Assembly (NCBI RefSeq): GCF_001677475.2
Contig: NZ_CP015229.1
Direction: 5' to 3' (one strand)
DNA length: 64,000 nt
DNA from: Escherichia coli
GTDB taxonomy: Bacteria; Pseudomonadota; Gammaproteobacteria; Enterobacterales; Enterobacteriaceae
In this document: positions 13,109 through 25,530 of the stretch, piece after piece
Position numbering within the stretch: position 1 is the first letter of the stretch
Layout: the number at the start of each line of letters is the position of its first letter
Made by a program: the position numbers and the translations under genes
The notes under the pieces: generated by a model
Told to the model about the DNA's origin: nothing
Seen by the model: the letters and a program-made list of their open reading frames with translations, nothing else
Databases searched by the model: none

Positions 13109-14533
13109 TTACGGCTGATAATAACCCACGCCAAGGTCGTTTTCTTTGCGGGTACGGGCAATGACTGATTCCGGTGTTTCTGCCACGCGCAGACCCATTT
13201 CATCTTCAGTTCGCACCACTTTACCGCGCAGAGAGTTCGGGTAGACGTCGGTAATTTCTACATCGACGAATTTACCGATCATATCCGGTGTGCCCTCGAA
13301 GTTGACCACGCGGTTATTTTCAGTGCGACCGGAAAGCTCCATGATGCTCTTACGCGATGTACCTTCTACCAGAATACGCTGGGTGGTGCCGAGCATCCGG
13401 CGGCTCCATGCCATCGCTTGCTGATTAATACGTTCTTGTAGAATATACAGACGCTGCTTCTTCTCTTCTTCCGGAACATCATCAACCATGTCGGCGGCTG
13501 GTGTACCCGGACGTGCAGAGAAGATAAAGCTGTAGCTCATGTCGAAATTGACGTCGGCAATCAGCTTCATCGTTTTCTCGAAGTCTTCGGTGGTTTCGCC
13601 AGGGAAGCCGACGATGAAGTCAGAACTGATCTGAATATCCGGACGCGCCGCACGCAGTTTACGGATGATCGCTTTGTACTCCAGCGCCGTGTGGGTACGC
13701 CCCATCAGGTTCAGAATGCGATCGGAACCGCTCTGTACCGGCAGGTGCAGGAAACTCACTAGCTCCGGCGTGTCGCGGTACACTTCGATGATATCGTCGG
13801 TGAATTCGATCGGATGGCTGGTGGTAAAGCGAATACGATCGATCCCGTCGATCGCAGCAACCAGACGCAGCAGATCGGCAAACGATCCGGTGGTGCCGTC
13901 GTAGTTTTCACCACGCCAGGCGTTCACGTTCTGACCGAGCAGGTTGACTTCACGCACGCCCTGAGCCGCAAGCTGGGCGATCTCAAACAGAATATCGTCG
14001 GACGGACGGCTTACCTCTTCACCACGGGTGTAAGGCACTACGCAGTAGGTGCAATATTTATTGCAGCCTTCCATGATGGAGACAAACGCGGTCGGCCCTT
14101 CGGCACGTGGTTCCGGCAGACGGTCAAACTTCTCGATTTCCGGGAAGCTGATATCTACAACCGGGCTGCGGTCGCCGCGCACGGAGTTGATCATCTCCGG
14201 CAGACGGTGCAGCGTTTGCGGCCCAAAAATAATATCGACATAGTGGGCGCGCTGGCGAATGTGCTCGCCTTCTTGCGATGCCACGCAGCCGCCGACGCCG
14301 ATAATCAGGTCTGGATTCTTCTCTTTTAACAGTTTCCAGCGACCCAACTGATGGAAGACTTTTTCCTGAGCCTTCTCGCGGATTGAGCAGGTGTTCAGCA
14401 GCAGCACATCCGCTTCTTCCGCCACGTCGGTCAGTTGATAGCCGTGGGTGGCATCCAGCAGATCGGCCATCTTCGATGAATCGTACTCGTTCATCTGACA
14501 GCCCCAGGTTTTAATATGGAGTTTTTTGGTCAT
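13109..14533 (-). CDS. miaB: tRNA-i6A37 methylthiotransferase MiaB
   Basis: 474 aa with the radical-SAM CxxxCxxC motif (CNKYCTYC). Confidence 0.96.
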
Positions 14534-14678
14534 CGACTTGCTCTTGCGAAATAGTAGCCAGGAATGCAGGGCGCATAGTGTAATGCTTTGCTGCCGTTGT
14601 GACCAGTATGAGCGTTATCAGCCCTTGGGGGTAAAAATCCTGTAAACTTAAAGCATATTGCTAACAGGATGATTGACC

Positions 14679-15854
14679 ATGACAAATCAACCAACGGAAA
14701 TTGCCATTGTCGGCGGAGGAATGGTCGGCGGCGCACTGGCGCTGGGACTGGCTCAGCACGGATTTTCGGTAATGGTTATCGAACATGCCCAACCTGCACC
14801 GTTTGTCGCTGACAGCCAGCCGGACGTGCGGATCTCGGCGATTAGTGCGGCTTCGGTATCATTGCTTAAAGGGTTAGGGGTCTGGGATGCAGTACAGGCT
14901 ATGCGTTGCCATCCTTACCGCAGACTGGAAACGTGGGAGTGGGAAACGGCGCATGTGGTGTTTGACGCCGCTGAACTTAAGCTACCGTTGCTTGGCTACA
15001 TGGTGGAAAACACTGTCCTGCAACAGGCGCTGTGGCAGGCGCTGGAAGCGCATCCGAAAGTAACGTTACGTGTGCCAGGCTCGCTGATTGCGCTGCATCG
15101 CCATAATGATCTTCAGGAGCTGGAACTGAAGGGCGGTGAAACGATCCGCGCGAAGCTGGTGATTGGTGCCGACGGCGCAAATTCGCAGGTGCGGCAGATG
15201 GCGGGAATTGGCGTTCATGCCTGGCAGTATGCACAGTCGTGTATGTTGATTAGCGTACAGTGTGAGAACGATCCCGGCGACAGCACCTGGCAGCAATTTA
15301 CCCCGGATGGACCTCGTGCGTTTCTGCCGTTGTTTGATAACTGGGCATCGCTGGTGTGGTATGACTCTCCGGCACGCATTCGCCAGTTGCAGAATATGAA
15401 TATGGCGCAGTTACAGGCGGAAATCGCGAAGCATTTCCCGTCGCGTCTGGGTTACGTGACGCCACTCGCCGCGGGGGCGTTTCCGCTGACGCGCCGCCAT
15501 GCGTTGCAGTATGTGCAACCGGGGCTTGCGCTGGTGGGCGATGCGGCGCACACCATTCATCCGCTGGCGGGGCAGGGGGTGAATCTTGGTTATCGTGATG
15601 TCGATGCCCTGATTGACGTTCTGGTCAACGCTCGCAGCTATGGCGAAGCGTGGGCCAGTTATCCGATCCTCAAGCGTTACCAGATGCGGCGCATGGCGGA
15701 TAACTTCATTATGCAGAGCGGTATGGATCTGTTTTATGCCGGATTCAGCAATAATCTGCCGCCGCTGCGTTTTGTGCGTAATCTTGGTTTGATGGCGGCG
15801 GAGCGTGCTGGCGTGTTGAAACGTCAGGCACTGAAATATGCGTTAGGGTTGTAG
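14679..15854 (+). CDS. ubiF: 2-octaprenyl-3-methyl-6-methoxy-1,4-benzoquinol hydroxylase UbiF
   Basis: 391 aa from the ATG at 14679, with the FAD-binding motif GGGMVGGA. The track start at 14673 is a TTG two codons upstream. Confidence 0.94.
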   Translation: MTNQPTEIAIVGGGMVGGALALGLAQHGFSVMVIEHAQPAPFVADSQPDVRISAISAASVSLLKGLGVWDAVQAMRCHPYRRLETWEWETAHVVFDAAELKLPLLGYMVENTVLQQALWQALEAHPKVTLRVPGSLIALHRHNDLQELELKGGETIRAKLVIGADGANSQVRQMAGIGVHAWQYAQSCMLISVQCENDPGDSTWQQFTPDGPRAFLPLFDNWASLVWYDSPARIRQLQNMNMAQLQAEIAKHFPSRLGYVTPLAAGAFPLTRRHALQYVQPGLALVGDAAHTIHPLAGQGVNLGYRDVDALIDVLVNARSYGEAWASYPILKRYQMRRMADNFIMQSGMDLFYAGFSNNLPPLRFVRNLGLMAAERAGVLKRQALKYALGL

Positions 15855-15856
15855 CC

Positions 15857-15965
15857 TTACAACATTGCCGGATACATGCCAACCGTAGGTCGGATAAGAC
15901 GCGTCAGCGTCGCATCCGACTTTGAAGGATAAGACGTGTCAACATCGCATTCGACATTGAATATA
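15857..15965. repeat. REP/BIME cluster
   Basis: Contains REP-type palindromes, for example taggtcggataagacgcgtcagcgtcgcatccgac. Confidence 0.6.
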
Positions 15966-15970
15966 CGCAG

Positions 15971-16004
15971 AAAAGCAAAAAGCTCGCCGAAGCGAGCTTT
16001 TTTA
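15971..16004. terminator. Bidirectional intrinsic terminator (end of the tRNA operon; also faces ubiF)
   Basis: Stem agctcgc/gcgagct with loop cgaa. T-runs lie on both strands. Confidence 0.75.
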
Positions 16005-16007
16005 ATG

Positions 16008-16082
16008 TGGCTGGGGTACGAGGATTCGAACCTCGGAATGCCGGAATCAGAATCCGGTGCCTTACCGCTTGGCGATACCCCA
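16008..16082 (-). tRNA. glnX: tRNA-Gln (anticodon CUG)
   Basis: Reverse complement reads TGGGGTATCGCCAAGCGGTAAGGCACCGGATTCTGATTCCGG...CCAGCCA. 75 nt with encoded CCA. Confidence 0.97.
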
Positions 16083-16119
16083 ACTGGGTGCACTTACGAT
16101 GTAAGCGTCTTGAATAAAT

Positions 16120-16194
16120 TGGCTGGGGTACGAGGATTCGAACCTCGGAATGCCGGAATCAGAATCCGGTGCCTTACCGCTTGGCGATACCCCA
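16120..16194 (-). tRNA. glnV: tRNA-Gln (anticodon CUG)
   Basis: Identical 75-nt copy of the CUG isoacceptor. Confidence 0.97.
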
Positions 16195-16242
16195 ACAAAT
16201 TGGTTTGTGAATTTGCCGAACTTATTCGACACATTCAGAATT

Positions 16243-16319
16243 TGGTGGCTACGACGGGATTCGAACCTGTGACCCCATCATTATGAGTGATGTGCTCTAA
16301 CCAACTGAGCTACGTAGCC
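16243..16319 (-). tRNA. metU: tRNA-Met elongator (anticodon CAU)
   Basis: Reverse complement reads GGCTACGTAGCTCAGTTGGTTAGAGCACATCACTCATAATGATGGGG...CCACCA. 77 nt. Confidence 0.97.
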
Positions 16320-16334
16320 AGATTGTTTCTTCGA

Positions 16335-16409
16335 TGGCTGGGGTACCTGGATTCGAACCAGGGAATGCCGGTATCAAAAACCGGTGCCTTACCGCTTGGC
16401 GATACCCCA
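16335..16409 (-). tRNA. glnW: tRNA-Gln (anticodon UUG)
   Basis: 75 nt. Anticodon loop reads ccggtttttgataccgg on the minus strand. Confidence 0.97.
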
Positions 16410-16443
16410 ATAACCGGGCGGTGAACCGCTTACTCGAAGAAGA

Positions 16444-16518
16444 TGGCTGGGGTACCTGGATTCGAACCAGGGAATGCCGGTATCAAAAACCGGTGCCTTA
16501 CCGCTTGGCGATACCCCA
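16444..16518 (-). tRNA. glnU: tRNA-Gln (anticodon UUG)
   Basis: Second 75-nt UUG copy. Confidence 0.97.
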
Positions 16519-16541
16519 TCCGTACAACGCTTTCTGGTGAA

Positions 16542-16626
16542 TGGTGCGGGAGGCGAGACTTGAACTCGCACACCTTGCGGCGCCAGAACCTAAATCTGGT
16601 GCGTCTACCAATTTCGCCACTCCCGC
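16542..16626 (-). tRNA. leuW: tRNA-Leu (anticodon UAG), long variable arm
   Basis: Reverse complement reads GCGGGAGTGGCGAAATTGGTAGACGCACCAGATTTAGGTTCTGG...CCGCACCA. 85 nt. Confidence 0.97.
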
Positions 16627-16634
16627 AAAAAAGA

Positions 16635-16711
16635 TGGTGGCTACGACGGGATTCGAACCTGTGACCCCATCATTATGAGTGATGTGCTCTAACCAACTGA
16701 GCTACGTAGCC
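16635..16711 (-). tRNA. metT: tRNA-Met elongator (anticodon CAU)
   Basis: 77-nt copy identical to metU. Confidence 0.97.
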
Positions 16712-16750
16712 ATCTTTTTTTCGCGATACCTTATCGGCGTTGCGGGGCGC

Positions 16751-16779
16751 ATTATGCGTATAGAGCCTTGCAGCGTCAA
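16751..16779 (-). promoter_or_regulatory. Sigma70 promoter of the metT tRNA operon
   Basis: On the minus strand: TTGACG (16774-16779), a 17-nt spacer, then CATAAT (16751-16756). A GC-rich discriminator GCGCCCCGC follows, and A/T-rich UP-like sequence lies upstream. Confidence 0.7.
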
Positions 16780-17090
16780 CCTCTTTTTCAAGGAAAATTG
16801 CTCGAAAGTGACTGTTTGGTTAGGTTGCGAACAGCGTGGCGCTATATTCGTCAATTATTGTTTACTTTGTGTTTTTTCCCCACCCTACAGCCATTCTTTT
16901 GTCATACAGGATGAAATTCGGAATTCAACAATAGTGGTGGGAAATTAATCTATGAAGTACTGGCCTACAGTGATGAATTGTCAAACAGTGATGTGGCAAA
17001 CCCTGAACATTTCCTTACTGCATATCAGAATCAACAAGCAGCTCAATAACTAAAACAGCCCCGGATTTCTCCGGGGCAGTACCGCATTTC

Positions 17091-18755
17091 TTACTTATAC
17101 GCCGACTGGTGAACACCAACCGCACGACCAGACGGATCGTCCATTTTCTTGAACGCTTCATCCCACTCAATCGCTTTAGCGGAAGAACACGCGACGGAAG
17201 GACCGCCCGGTACGCACTCTGCGGCGCTCGGAAGCGGGAACAGTTCTTCAAAGATCTCCCGGTACAGATACGCTTCTTTGGACGTCGGCGTGTTGTACGG
17301 GAAGCGGAAGCGGGCAGTTTCCAGCTGTTGATCAGAAACCTGCTGCGCCGCCACTTCTTTCAGGGTATCGATCCAACTGTAACCGACGCCATCGGAGAAC
17401 TGCTCTTTCTGCCGCCAGGCCACGCTTGCAGGCAGATACGCTTCAAAACATTCACGCAGGATGTGTTTTTCCATTTTGCCGTTACCGCACATTTTATCCT
17501 GTGGGTTAATGCGCATCGCCACATCAAGGAATTTTTTGTCGAGGAACGGAACGCGTGCTTCCACGCCCCAGGCTGACATCGCTTTGTTGGCACGCGCGCA
17601 GTCATACATATGCAGGGCCAGCAGTTTACGCACCGTCTCTTCATGCAGTTCTTTGGCATTCGGTGCTTTGTGGAAGTAAAGATAACCGCCAAACACTTCA
17701 TCAGAACCTTCACCGGACAGCACCATTTTAATGCCCATCGCTTTGATCTTACGCGACATTAAATACATCGGTGTTGAAGCGCGAATAGTGGTCACATCAT
17801 AGGTTTCGATGTGGTAAATCACGTCGCGGATGGCGTCCAGACCTTCCTGTACAGTGAAGTGAATTTCATGATGCACAGTGCCCAGATGGTTTGCCACTTC
17901 CTGGGCTGCCTTCAGATCCGGTGAACCCGGCAGACCTACAGCAAAGGAGTGCAGCTGCGGCCACCAGGCTTCAGAGCGTTCCTGATCTTCCACGCGACGG
18001 GCGGCGTATTTCTTGGTGATAGCGGAAATGATTGAGGAATCCAGGCCACCAGATAGCAGCACACCGTAAGGCACATCAGACATCAGATGGCTTTTAACGG
18101 AATCTTCCAGTGCCTGACGCAGCTCGTTTTTGTCGGTCACGTTATCTTTCACTGCATCGTAGTCGAACCAGTCGCGGTGATAATAAGAACGGATTTCGCC
18201 GTCCTGACTCCACAAATAGCTCCCCGCCGGGAACTCTTTAATCGTGCGGCATACCGGCACCAGGGCTTTCATTTCTGAGGCCACATACAGCTGACCATGT
18301 TCGTCATAGCCCATATACAGTGGGATGATCCCCAGATGGTCGCGACCAATCAGATACGCATCTTTTTCGCTGTCGTACAGGGCAAAAGCGAACATGCCCT
18401 GCAAATCGTCCAGAAATTCCGGCCCTTTTTCCTGATACAGCGCGAGGATCACTTCACAGTCAGACCCGGTCTGGAACTGGTAACGATCGCCATATTCAGC
18501 GCGCAATGCCTGGTGGTTGTAGATTTCACCGTTTACTGCCAGCACGTGGGTTTTTTGTTGGTTGTAGAGAGGTTGCGCCCCCGCGTTAACGTCAACAATG
18601 GACAGACGTTCGTGGGCGAGAATGGCGTTATCGCTGGCATAAATACCGGACCAGTCCGGGCCACGATGACGCATCAGGCGTGACAGCTCGAGTGCTTTCT
18701 TGCGCAGCTCAACTGCGTCTGTTTTGATATCGAATACGCCAAAAATTGAACACAT
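17091..18755 (-). CDS. asnB: Asparagine synthetase B (glutamine-hydrolysing)
   Basis: The protein starting MCSIFGVFD (N-terminal Cys nucleophile) is 554 aa with the SGGLDSS PP-loop. The track ORF extends 27 codons upstream. Confidence 0.96.
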   Translation of the reverse strand: MCSIFGVFDIKTDAVELRKKALELSRLMRHRGPDWSGIYASDNAILAHERLSIVDVNAGAQPLYNQQKTHVLAVNGEIYNHQALRAEYGDRYQFQTGSDCEVILALYQEKGPEFLDDLQGMFAFALYDSEKDAYLIGRDHLGIIPLYMGYDEHGQLYVASEMKALVPVCRTIKEFPAGSYLWSQDGEIRSYYHRDWFDYDAVKDNVTDKNELRQALEDSVKSHLMSDVPYGVLLSGGLDSSIISAITKKYAARRVEDQERSEAWWPQLHSFAVGLPGSPDLKAAQEVANHLGTVHHEIHFTVQEGLDAIRDVIYHIETYDVTTIRASTPMYLMSRKIKAMGIKMVLSGEGSDEVFGGYLYFHKAPNAKELHEETVRKLLALHMYDCARANKAMSAWGVEARVPFLDKKFLDVAMRINPQDKMCGNGKMEKHILRECFEAYLPASVAWRQKEQFSDGVGYSWIDTLKEVAAQQVSDQQLETARFRFPYNTPTSKEAYLYREIFEELFPLPSAAECVPGGPSVACSSAKAIEWDEAFKKMDDPSGRAVGVHQSAYK

Positions 18756-19011
18756 AACCTTCTCCGTTAACCTGGTATTTGTTGCTTGTTGTGTTTGCTT
18801 GTTTAAAAAAATGCCGCAAAGCAGCACTGTGCGCAAGCGATTTGGCAGGGGGTAAATAAAAAACGTAATGGTGATTGCTGATTAATGAAAAAGGGTAGGG
18901 TGTGGAGGTGTATTTATTGATGAATCGATAATTTTTGGCGGGTTTTATTGAATGGGTGAATTTTAATGATGGGTAAAAATAAGAAACCACGCCCTGAGGC
19001 GTGGTTGCTAT

Positions 19012-19764
19012 TCAGATAACGTCGATTTCAGCGACTGACGGGTAAATCCAGCTTGGGCGGAACGGCATACTGTCGATATCGTCAAGCGACGAAACACCAG
19101 AGAGCACAAGAATCGTCTCCAGACCGGCCTGGAAGCCCGCCAGAATATCGGTACGCAAGTTATCGCCGACAATCACCGTTTCTTCCGAATGCGCCTGCAT
19201 TTTGTTTAATGCCGCGCGGATGATCCACGGACTCGGCTTTCCAACATAGAACGGTTTGCGCCCGGAGATTTTCTCGATCCCTGCACACAACGCGCCACAG
19301 GCGGGATAAAAACCGCGCCCGTGGGTGTCCGGGTTGGTGGCGATAAAGCGTGCACCGTTAGCGACGAAATAGGCTGCTTTATGCATCATGTCCCAGTTGT
19401 AGGAACGCGTTTCGCCAACAATCACAAAATCAGGGTTCACATCGGTAATAGTGAAACCGGCTTTGTACAGTTCATGAATCAGTGCGCCTTCGCCCACCAC
19501 ATACGCTTTCTTGCCTTCCTGGCGACGCAGGAAATCGGCGGTCGCCATCGCGGAGGTATAAAACACGCTATCCGGTACATCGACACCAGCAGTGGCAAAG
19601 CGGTTCGCCAGATCTTGCCCGGTCTGCGAAGGATAGTTGGTCAGCAACACCAGCGGCAGGCCTTTATCCATAATCCCGTGCAAAAATTCCGCTGCACCCG
19701 GTACGGCGACGTTATCGTGCATCAGCACGCCGTCGATATCGCAAATTACATTTTTAATGGTCAT
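19012..19764 (-). CDS. nagD: HAD-family UMP phosphatase NagD (UmpH)
   Basis: 250 aa with the DxDG motif (ICDIDGVL). Last gene of the nag operon. Confidence 0.94.
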   Translation of the reverse strand: MTIKNVICDIDGVLMHDNVAVPGAAEFLHGIMDKGLPLVLLTNYPSQTGQDLANRFATAGVDVPDSVFYTSAMATADFLRRQEGKKAYVVGEGALIHELYKAGFTITDVNPDFVIVGETRSYNWDMMHKAAYFVANGARFIATNPDTHGRGFYPACGALCAGIEKISGRKPFYVGKPSPWIIRAALNKMQAHSEETVIVGDNLRTDILAGFQAGLETILVLSGVSSLDDIDSMPFRPSWIYPSVAEIDVI

Positions 19765-19811
19765 GGACTACCCAGAATATTGACAACAATAAGCGCCACT
19801 ATAAAAGCATA

Positions 19812-21032
19812 TCAATTTTCCAGCAAATGCTGGAGCAAAATACCGTTGAGCATGGCGCGTTTTACCAGCGCAAAAGCGCCGATTGCCGAGCGGTGATCCA
19901 ACTCAGAACGTACCACCGGTAGATTAGTACGAAACGCCTTCAGCGCCTGGGTATTAATGCAGCTTTCAATAGCAGGGAGCAGCACTTTATCGGCTTCGGT
20001 GATTTCTCCAGCAATAACAATTTTTTGCGGATTAAATAAGTTGATAGCAATGGCGATGGTTTTACCCAGATGACGACCGACATATTCAATCACTTCCGAG
20101 GCCAGGCTATCGCCTTTGTTCGCGGCTTTGCAGATAGTTTTGATGGTGCAGTCGTCCAGTGGCACACGGCTCTGGTAGCCCTGCTTTAATAAATTCAACA
20201 CCCGTTGTTCAATGGCAGCGTTGGCAGCGATAGTTTCCAGGCAGCCGAAGTTGCCACAGTGGCAGCGTTCTCCCAGCGGTTCAACCTGAATATGACCAAT
20301 TTCACCGACGTTGCCGTTGCGGCCGATAAAAATGCGCCCGTTAGAGATGATTCCAGCCCCCGTTCCGCGATGCACGCGCACCAGAATGGAGTCTTCGCAA
20401 TCCTGACTTGCACCGAAGTAGTGCTCTGCCAGCGCCAGACTGCGGATATCGTGGCCGACAAAACAGGTCACTTTAAAACGCTCTTCCAATGCTTCTACCA
20501 GCCCCCAGTTTTCTACCTGAATATGCGGCATGTAATGAATTTTGCCGCTGTCCGGGTCAACAAGTCCTGGCAGGATCACGGAAATGGCGATCAGCTCGCG
20601 CAGCTTGCGCTGGTAGCTATCAATAAACTGAGCAATGGCGTTAAGCAGGGCATGTTCCAGCGTCTGCTGGGTACGTTCCGGCAGCGGGTAATGTTCTTCT
20701 GCCAGCACTTTGCTACTGAGATCAAACAAGGTGATGGTGGCGTCGTGACGACCAAGCCGTACGCCGATTGCGTGGAAATTGCGGGTTTCGGTGACGATGG
20801 AGATAGCGCGGCGGCCCCCGGTGGAGGCCTGCTGATCAACTTCTTTGATCAGCCCGCGTTCGATAAGCTGACGCGTAATTTTGGTTACGCTGGCGGGGGC
20901 AAGCTGACTTTGCTCGGCAATCTGAATCCGCGAGATTGGCCCATACTGGTCAATCAGGCGATAAACCGCCGCGCTGTTAAGCTGTTTTACGAGATCAACA
21001 TTACCTATCTGAGCTTGTCCGCCTGGTGTCAT
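19812..21032 (-). CDS. nagC: ROK-family repressor NagC
   Basis: 406 aa with an N-terminal wHTH and a ROK domain carrying the CHCGNFGC zinc motif. Confidence 0.96.
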   Translation of the reverse strand: MTPGGQAQIGNVDLVKQLNSAAVYRLIDQYGPISRIQIAEQSQLAPASVTKITRQLIERGLIKEVDQQASTGGRRAISIVTETRNFHAIGVRLGRHDATITLFDLSSKVLAEEHYPLPERTQQTLEHALLNAIAQFIDSYQRKLRELIAISVILPGLVDPDSGKIHYMPHIQVENWGLVEALEERFKVTCFVGHDIRSLALAEHYFGASQDCEDSILVRVHRGTGAGIISNGRIFIGRNGNVGEIGHIQVEPLGERCHCGNFGCLETIAANAAIEQRVLNLLKQGYQSRVPLDDCTIKTICKAANKGDSLASEVIEYVGRHLGKTIAIAINLFNPQKIVIAGEITEADKVLLPAIESCINTQALKAFRTNLPVVRSELDHRSAIGAFALVKRAMLNGILLQHLLEN

Positions 21033-21040
21033 ACTTTCTC

Positions 21041-23049
<2,009 letters not shown>

Positions 23050-23138
23050 TATTCACCTCAATAAGTAAAATGTAAGCCGTTGGCGGATTAGGCATCTTTA
23101 AGCGTAACCTAGATTTGCGCAGACAGGCGTCAATCCGA

Positions 23139-23164
23139 CCTGATTTTTTGAATGATAAAATAAG
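23139..23164. promoter_or_regulatory. Putative NagC operator (nagB-proximal)
   Basis: cctgattttttgaatgataaaataag is an AT-rich pseudo-palindrome in the divergent nagB/nagE control region. It matches my memory of the nagB box. Confidence 0.5.
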
Positions 23165-23208
23165 TTTTCTGGTTTAGCCAGTAAAAGGGAGTGATGATAA
23201 CGATATTT

Positions 23209-23224
23209 GGTGACAAAACTCACA
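23209..23224. promoter_or_regulatory. CRP (CAP) binding site between nagB and nagE
   Basis: GGTGAcaaaacTCACA compared with the consensus TGTGA-N6-TCACA. Confidence 0.6.
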
Positions 23225-23235
23225 AAAGACACGCG

Positions 23236-23262
23236 TTTAATTTGCGATACGAATTAAATTTT
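23236..23262. promoter_or_regulatory. Putative NagC operator (nagE-proximal)
   Basis: tttaatttgcgatacgaattaaatttt contains the inverted repeat TTAATT..AATTAA. Confidence 0.5.
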
Positions 23263-23381
23263 CACACACTCTGTAGCAGATGATCTAACAATCTGATTAC
23301 AGAACATCGGCAGTACAATTTGCAGCAAAATAAAAATACGGCTTTAAACGAGCCAAATAGGGTTCTCGTAGGGGGAATAAG

Positions 23382-25328
23382 ATGAATATTTTAGGTTTTT
23401 TCCAGCGACTCGGTAGGGCGTTACAGCTCCCTATCGCGGTGCTGCCGGTGGCGGCGCTGTTGCTGCGATTCGGTCAGCCAGATTTACTTAACGTTGCGTT
23501 TATTGCCCAGGCGGGCGGTGCGATTTTTGATAACCTCGCATTAATCTTCGCCATCGGTGTGGCATCCAGCTGGTCGAAAGACAGCGCAGGTGCGGCGGCG
23601 CTGGCGGGTGCGGTAGGTTACTTTGTGTTAACCAAAGCGATGGTGACCATCAACCCAGAAATTAACATGGGTGTACTGGCGGGTATCATTACCGGTCTGG
23701 TTGGTGGCGCAGCTTATAACCGTTGGTCCGATATTAAACTGCCGGACTTCCTGAGTTTCTTCGGCGGCAAACGCTTTGTGCCGATTGCCACCGGCTTCTT
23801 CTGCCTGGTGCTGGCGGCCATTTTTGGTTACGTCTGGCCGCCGGTACAGCACGCTATCCATGCAGGCGGCGAGTGGATCGTTTCTGCGGGCGCGCTGGGT
23901 TCCGGTATCTTTGGTTTCATCAACCGTCTGCTTATCCCAACCGGTCTGCATCAGGTACTGAACACCATCGCCTGGTTCCAGATTGGTGAATTCACCAACG
24001 CGGCGGGTACGGTTTTCCACGGTGACATCAACCGCTTCTATGCCGGTGACGGCACCGCGGGGATGTTCATGTCCGGCTTCTTCCCGATCATGATGTTCGG
24101 TCTGCCGGGTGCGGCGCTGGCGATGTACTTTGCAGCACCGAAAGAGCGTCGTCCGATGGTTGGCGGTATGCTGCTTTCTGTTGCTGTTACTGCGTTCCTG
24201 ACCGGTGTGACTGAGCCGCTGGAATTCCTGTTCATGTTCCTTGCGCCGCTGCTGTACCTCCTGCACGCACTGCTGACCGGTATCAGCCTGTTTGTGGCAA
24301 CGCTGCTGGGTATCCACGCGGGCTTCTCCTTCTCTGCGGGGGCTATCGACTACGCGTTGATGTATAACCTGCCGGCCGCCAGCCAGAACGTCTGGATGCT
24401 GCTGGTGATGGGGGTTGTCTTCTTCGCTATCTACTTCGTGGTGTTCAGTTTGGTTATCCGCATGTTCAACCTGAAAACGCCGGGTCGTGAAGATAAAGAA
24501 GACGAGATCGTTACTGAAGAGGCTAACAGCAATACTGAAGAAGGTCTCAATCAACTGGCAACCAACTATATTGCTGCGGTTGGCGGTACTGACAACCTGA
24601 AAGCAATTGACGCCTGTATTACTCGTCTGCGCCTGACCGTGGTTGACTCGGCTCGCGTCAACGATGCGATGTGTAAACGGCTGGGTGCTTCTGGGGTAGT
24701 GAAACTGAACAAACAGACTATTCAGGTGATTGTTGGCGCGAAAGCGGAATCCATTGGCGATGCAATGAAGAAAGTTGTTGCCCGTGGTCCGGTAGCCGCT
24801 GCGTCAGCTGAAACTGCGCCTGCAACTGCCGCGCCTGTAGCAAAACCGCAGGCTGTACCAAACGCGGTGTCTATCGCGGAGCTGGTATCGCCGATTACCG
24901 GTGATGTTGTGGCACTGGATCAGGTTCCTGACGAAGCATTCGCCAGCAAAGCGGTGGGTGACGGTGTGGCGGTGAAACCGACAGATAAAATCGTCGTATC
25001 ACCAGCCGCAGGGACAATCGTGAAAATCTTCAATACCAACCACGCGTTCTGCCTGGAAACCGAAAAAGGCGCGGAGATCGTCGTCCATATGGGTATCGAC
25101 ACCGTAGCGCTGGAAGGTAAAGGCTTTAAACGTCTGGTGGAAGAGGGCGCGCAAGTAAGCGCAGGGCAACCGATTCTGGAAATGGATCTGGATTATCTGA
25201 ACGAAAACGCCCGCTCGATGATTAGCCCGGTGGTTTGCAGCAATATCGACGATTTCAGCGGCTTGATCATTAAAGCTCAGGGCCATGTCGTGGCGGGTCA
25301 AACGCCGCTGTATGAAATCAAAAAGTAA
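23382..25328 (+). CDS. nagE: PTS N-acetylglucosamine transporter EIICBA
   Basis: 648 aa with a membrane EIIC domain, EIIB (ITRLR), an Ala/Pro linker and EIIA. Confidence 0.96.
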   Translation: MNILGFFQRLGRALQLPIAVLPVAALLLRFGQPDLLNVAFIAQAGGAIFDNLALIFAIGVASSWSKDSAGAAALAGAVGYFVLTKAMVTINPEINMGVLAGIITGLVGGAAYNRWSDIKLPDFLSFFGGKRFVPIATGFFCLVLAAIFGYVWPPVQHAIHAGGEWIVSAGALGSGIFGFINRLLIPTGLHQVLNTIAWFQIGEFTNAAGTVFHGDINRFYAGDGTAGMFMSGFFPIMMFGLPGAALAMYFAAPKERRPMVGGMLLSVAVTAFLTGVTEPLEFLFMFLAPLLYLLHALLTGISLFVATLLGIHAGFSFSAGAIDYALMYNLPAASQNVWMLLVMGVVFFAIYFVVFSLVIRMFNLKTPGREDKEDEIVTEEANSNTEEGLNQLATNYIAAVGGTDNLKAIDACITRLRLTVVDSARVNDAMCKRLGASGVVKLNKQTIQVIVGAKAESIGDAMKKVVARGPVAAASAETAPATAAPVAKPQAVPNAVSIAELVSPITGDVVALDQVPDEAFASKAVGDGVAVKPTDKIVVSPAAGTIVKIFNTNHAFCLETEKGAEIVVHMGIDTVALEGKGFKRLVEEGAQVSAGQPILEMDLDYLNENARSMISPVVCSNIDDFSGLIIKAQGHVVAGQTPLYEIKK

Positions 25329-25376
25329 TCTGCTTTATGCCTGATGCGACGCTTGAGCGTCGCATCCAACAATGAC

Positions 25377-25410
25377 AAGCGGTGGAGATCTTCTCTGCCG
25401 CTTTTTTTTT
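25377..25410 (+). terminator. nagE intrinsic terminator (preceded by a REP hairpin at 25343-25366)
   Basis: Stem aagcgg/ccgctt followed by a T9 run. Confidence 0.6.
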
Positions 25411-25530
25411 CATCAATCATCCCCATAATCTCAGTGAGATTTTCGATTTTCACTAACTAACAGTTGTCAGCCTGTCCCGCTTATAAGATCATACGCCGTT
25501 ATACGTTGTTTACGCTTTGAGGAATCCACG

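Noticed and set aside
15936-16664. ORFs of 68-116 aa, and regularly spaced near-identical repeats that could be mistaken for a CRISPR-like array
   Set aside because: The repeats are 75-85-nt tRNA genes (Gln x4, Met x2, Leu) with full cloverleaf sequences and encoded CCA. The ORFs merely read through them.
23628-24554. 308-aa minus-strand ORF
   Set aside because: It is antisense to nagE and is a shadow ORF. The same reasoning applies to 25795-26637 (antisense to glnS), 28436-29215 (antisense to chiP) and 5310-5912 (antisense to gltL).
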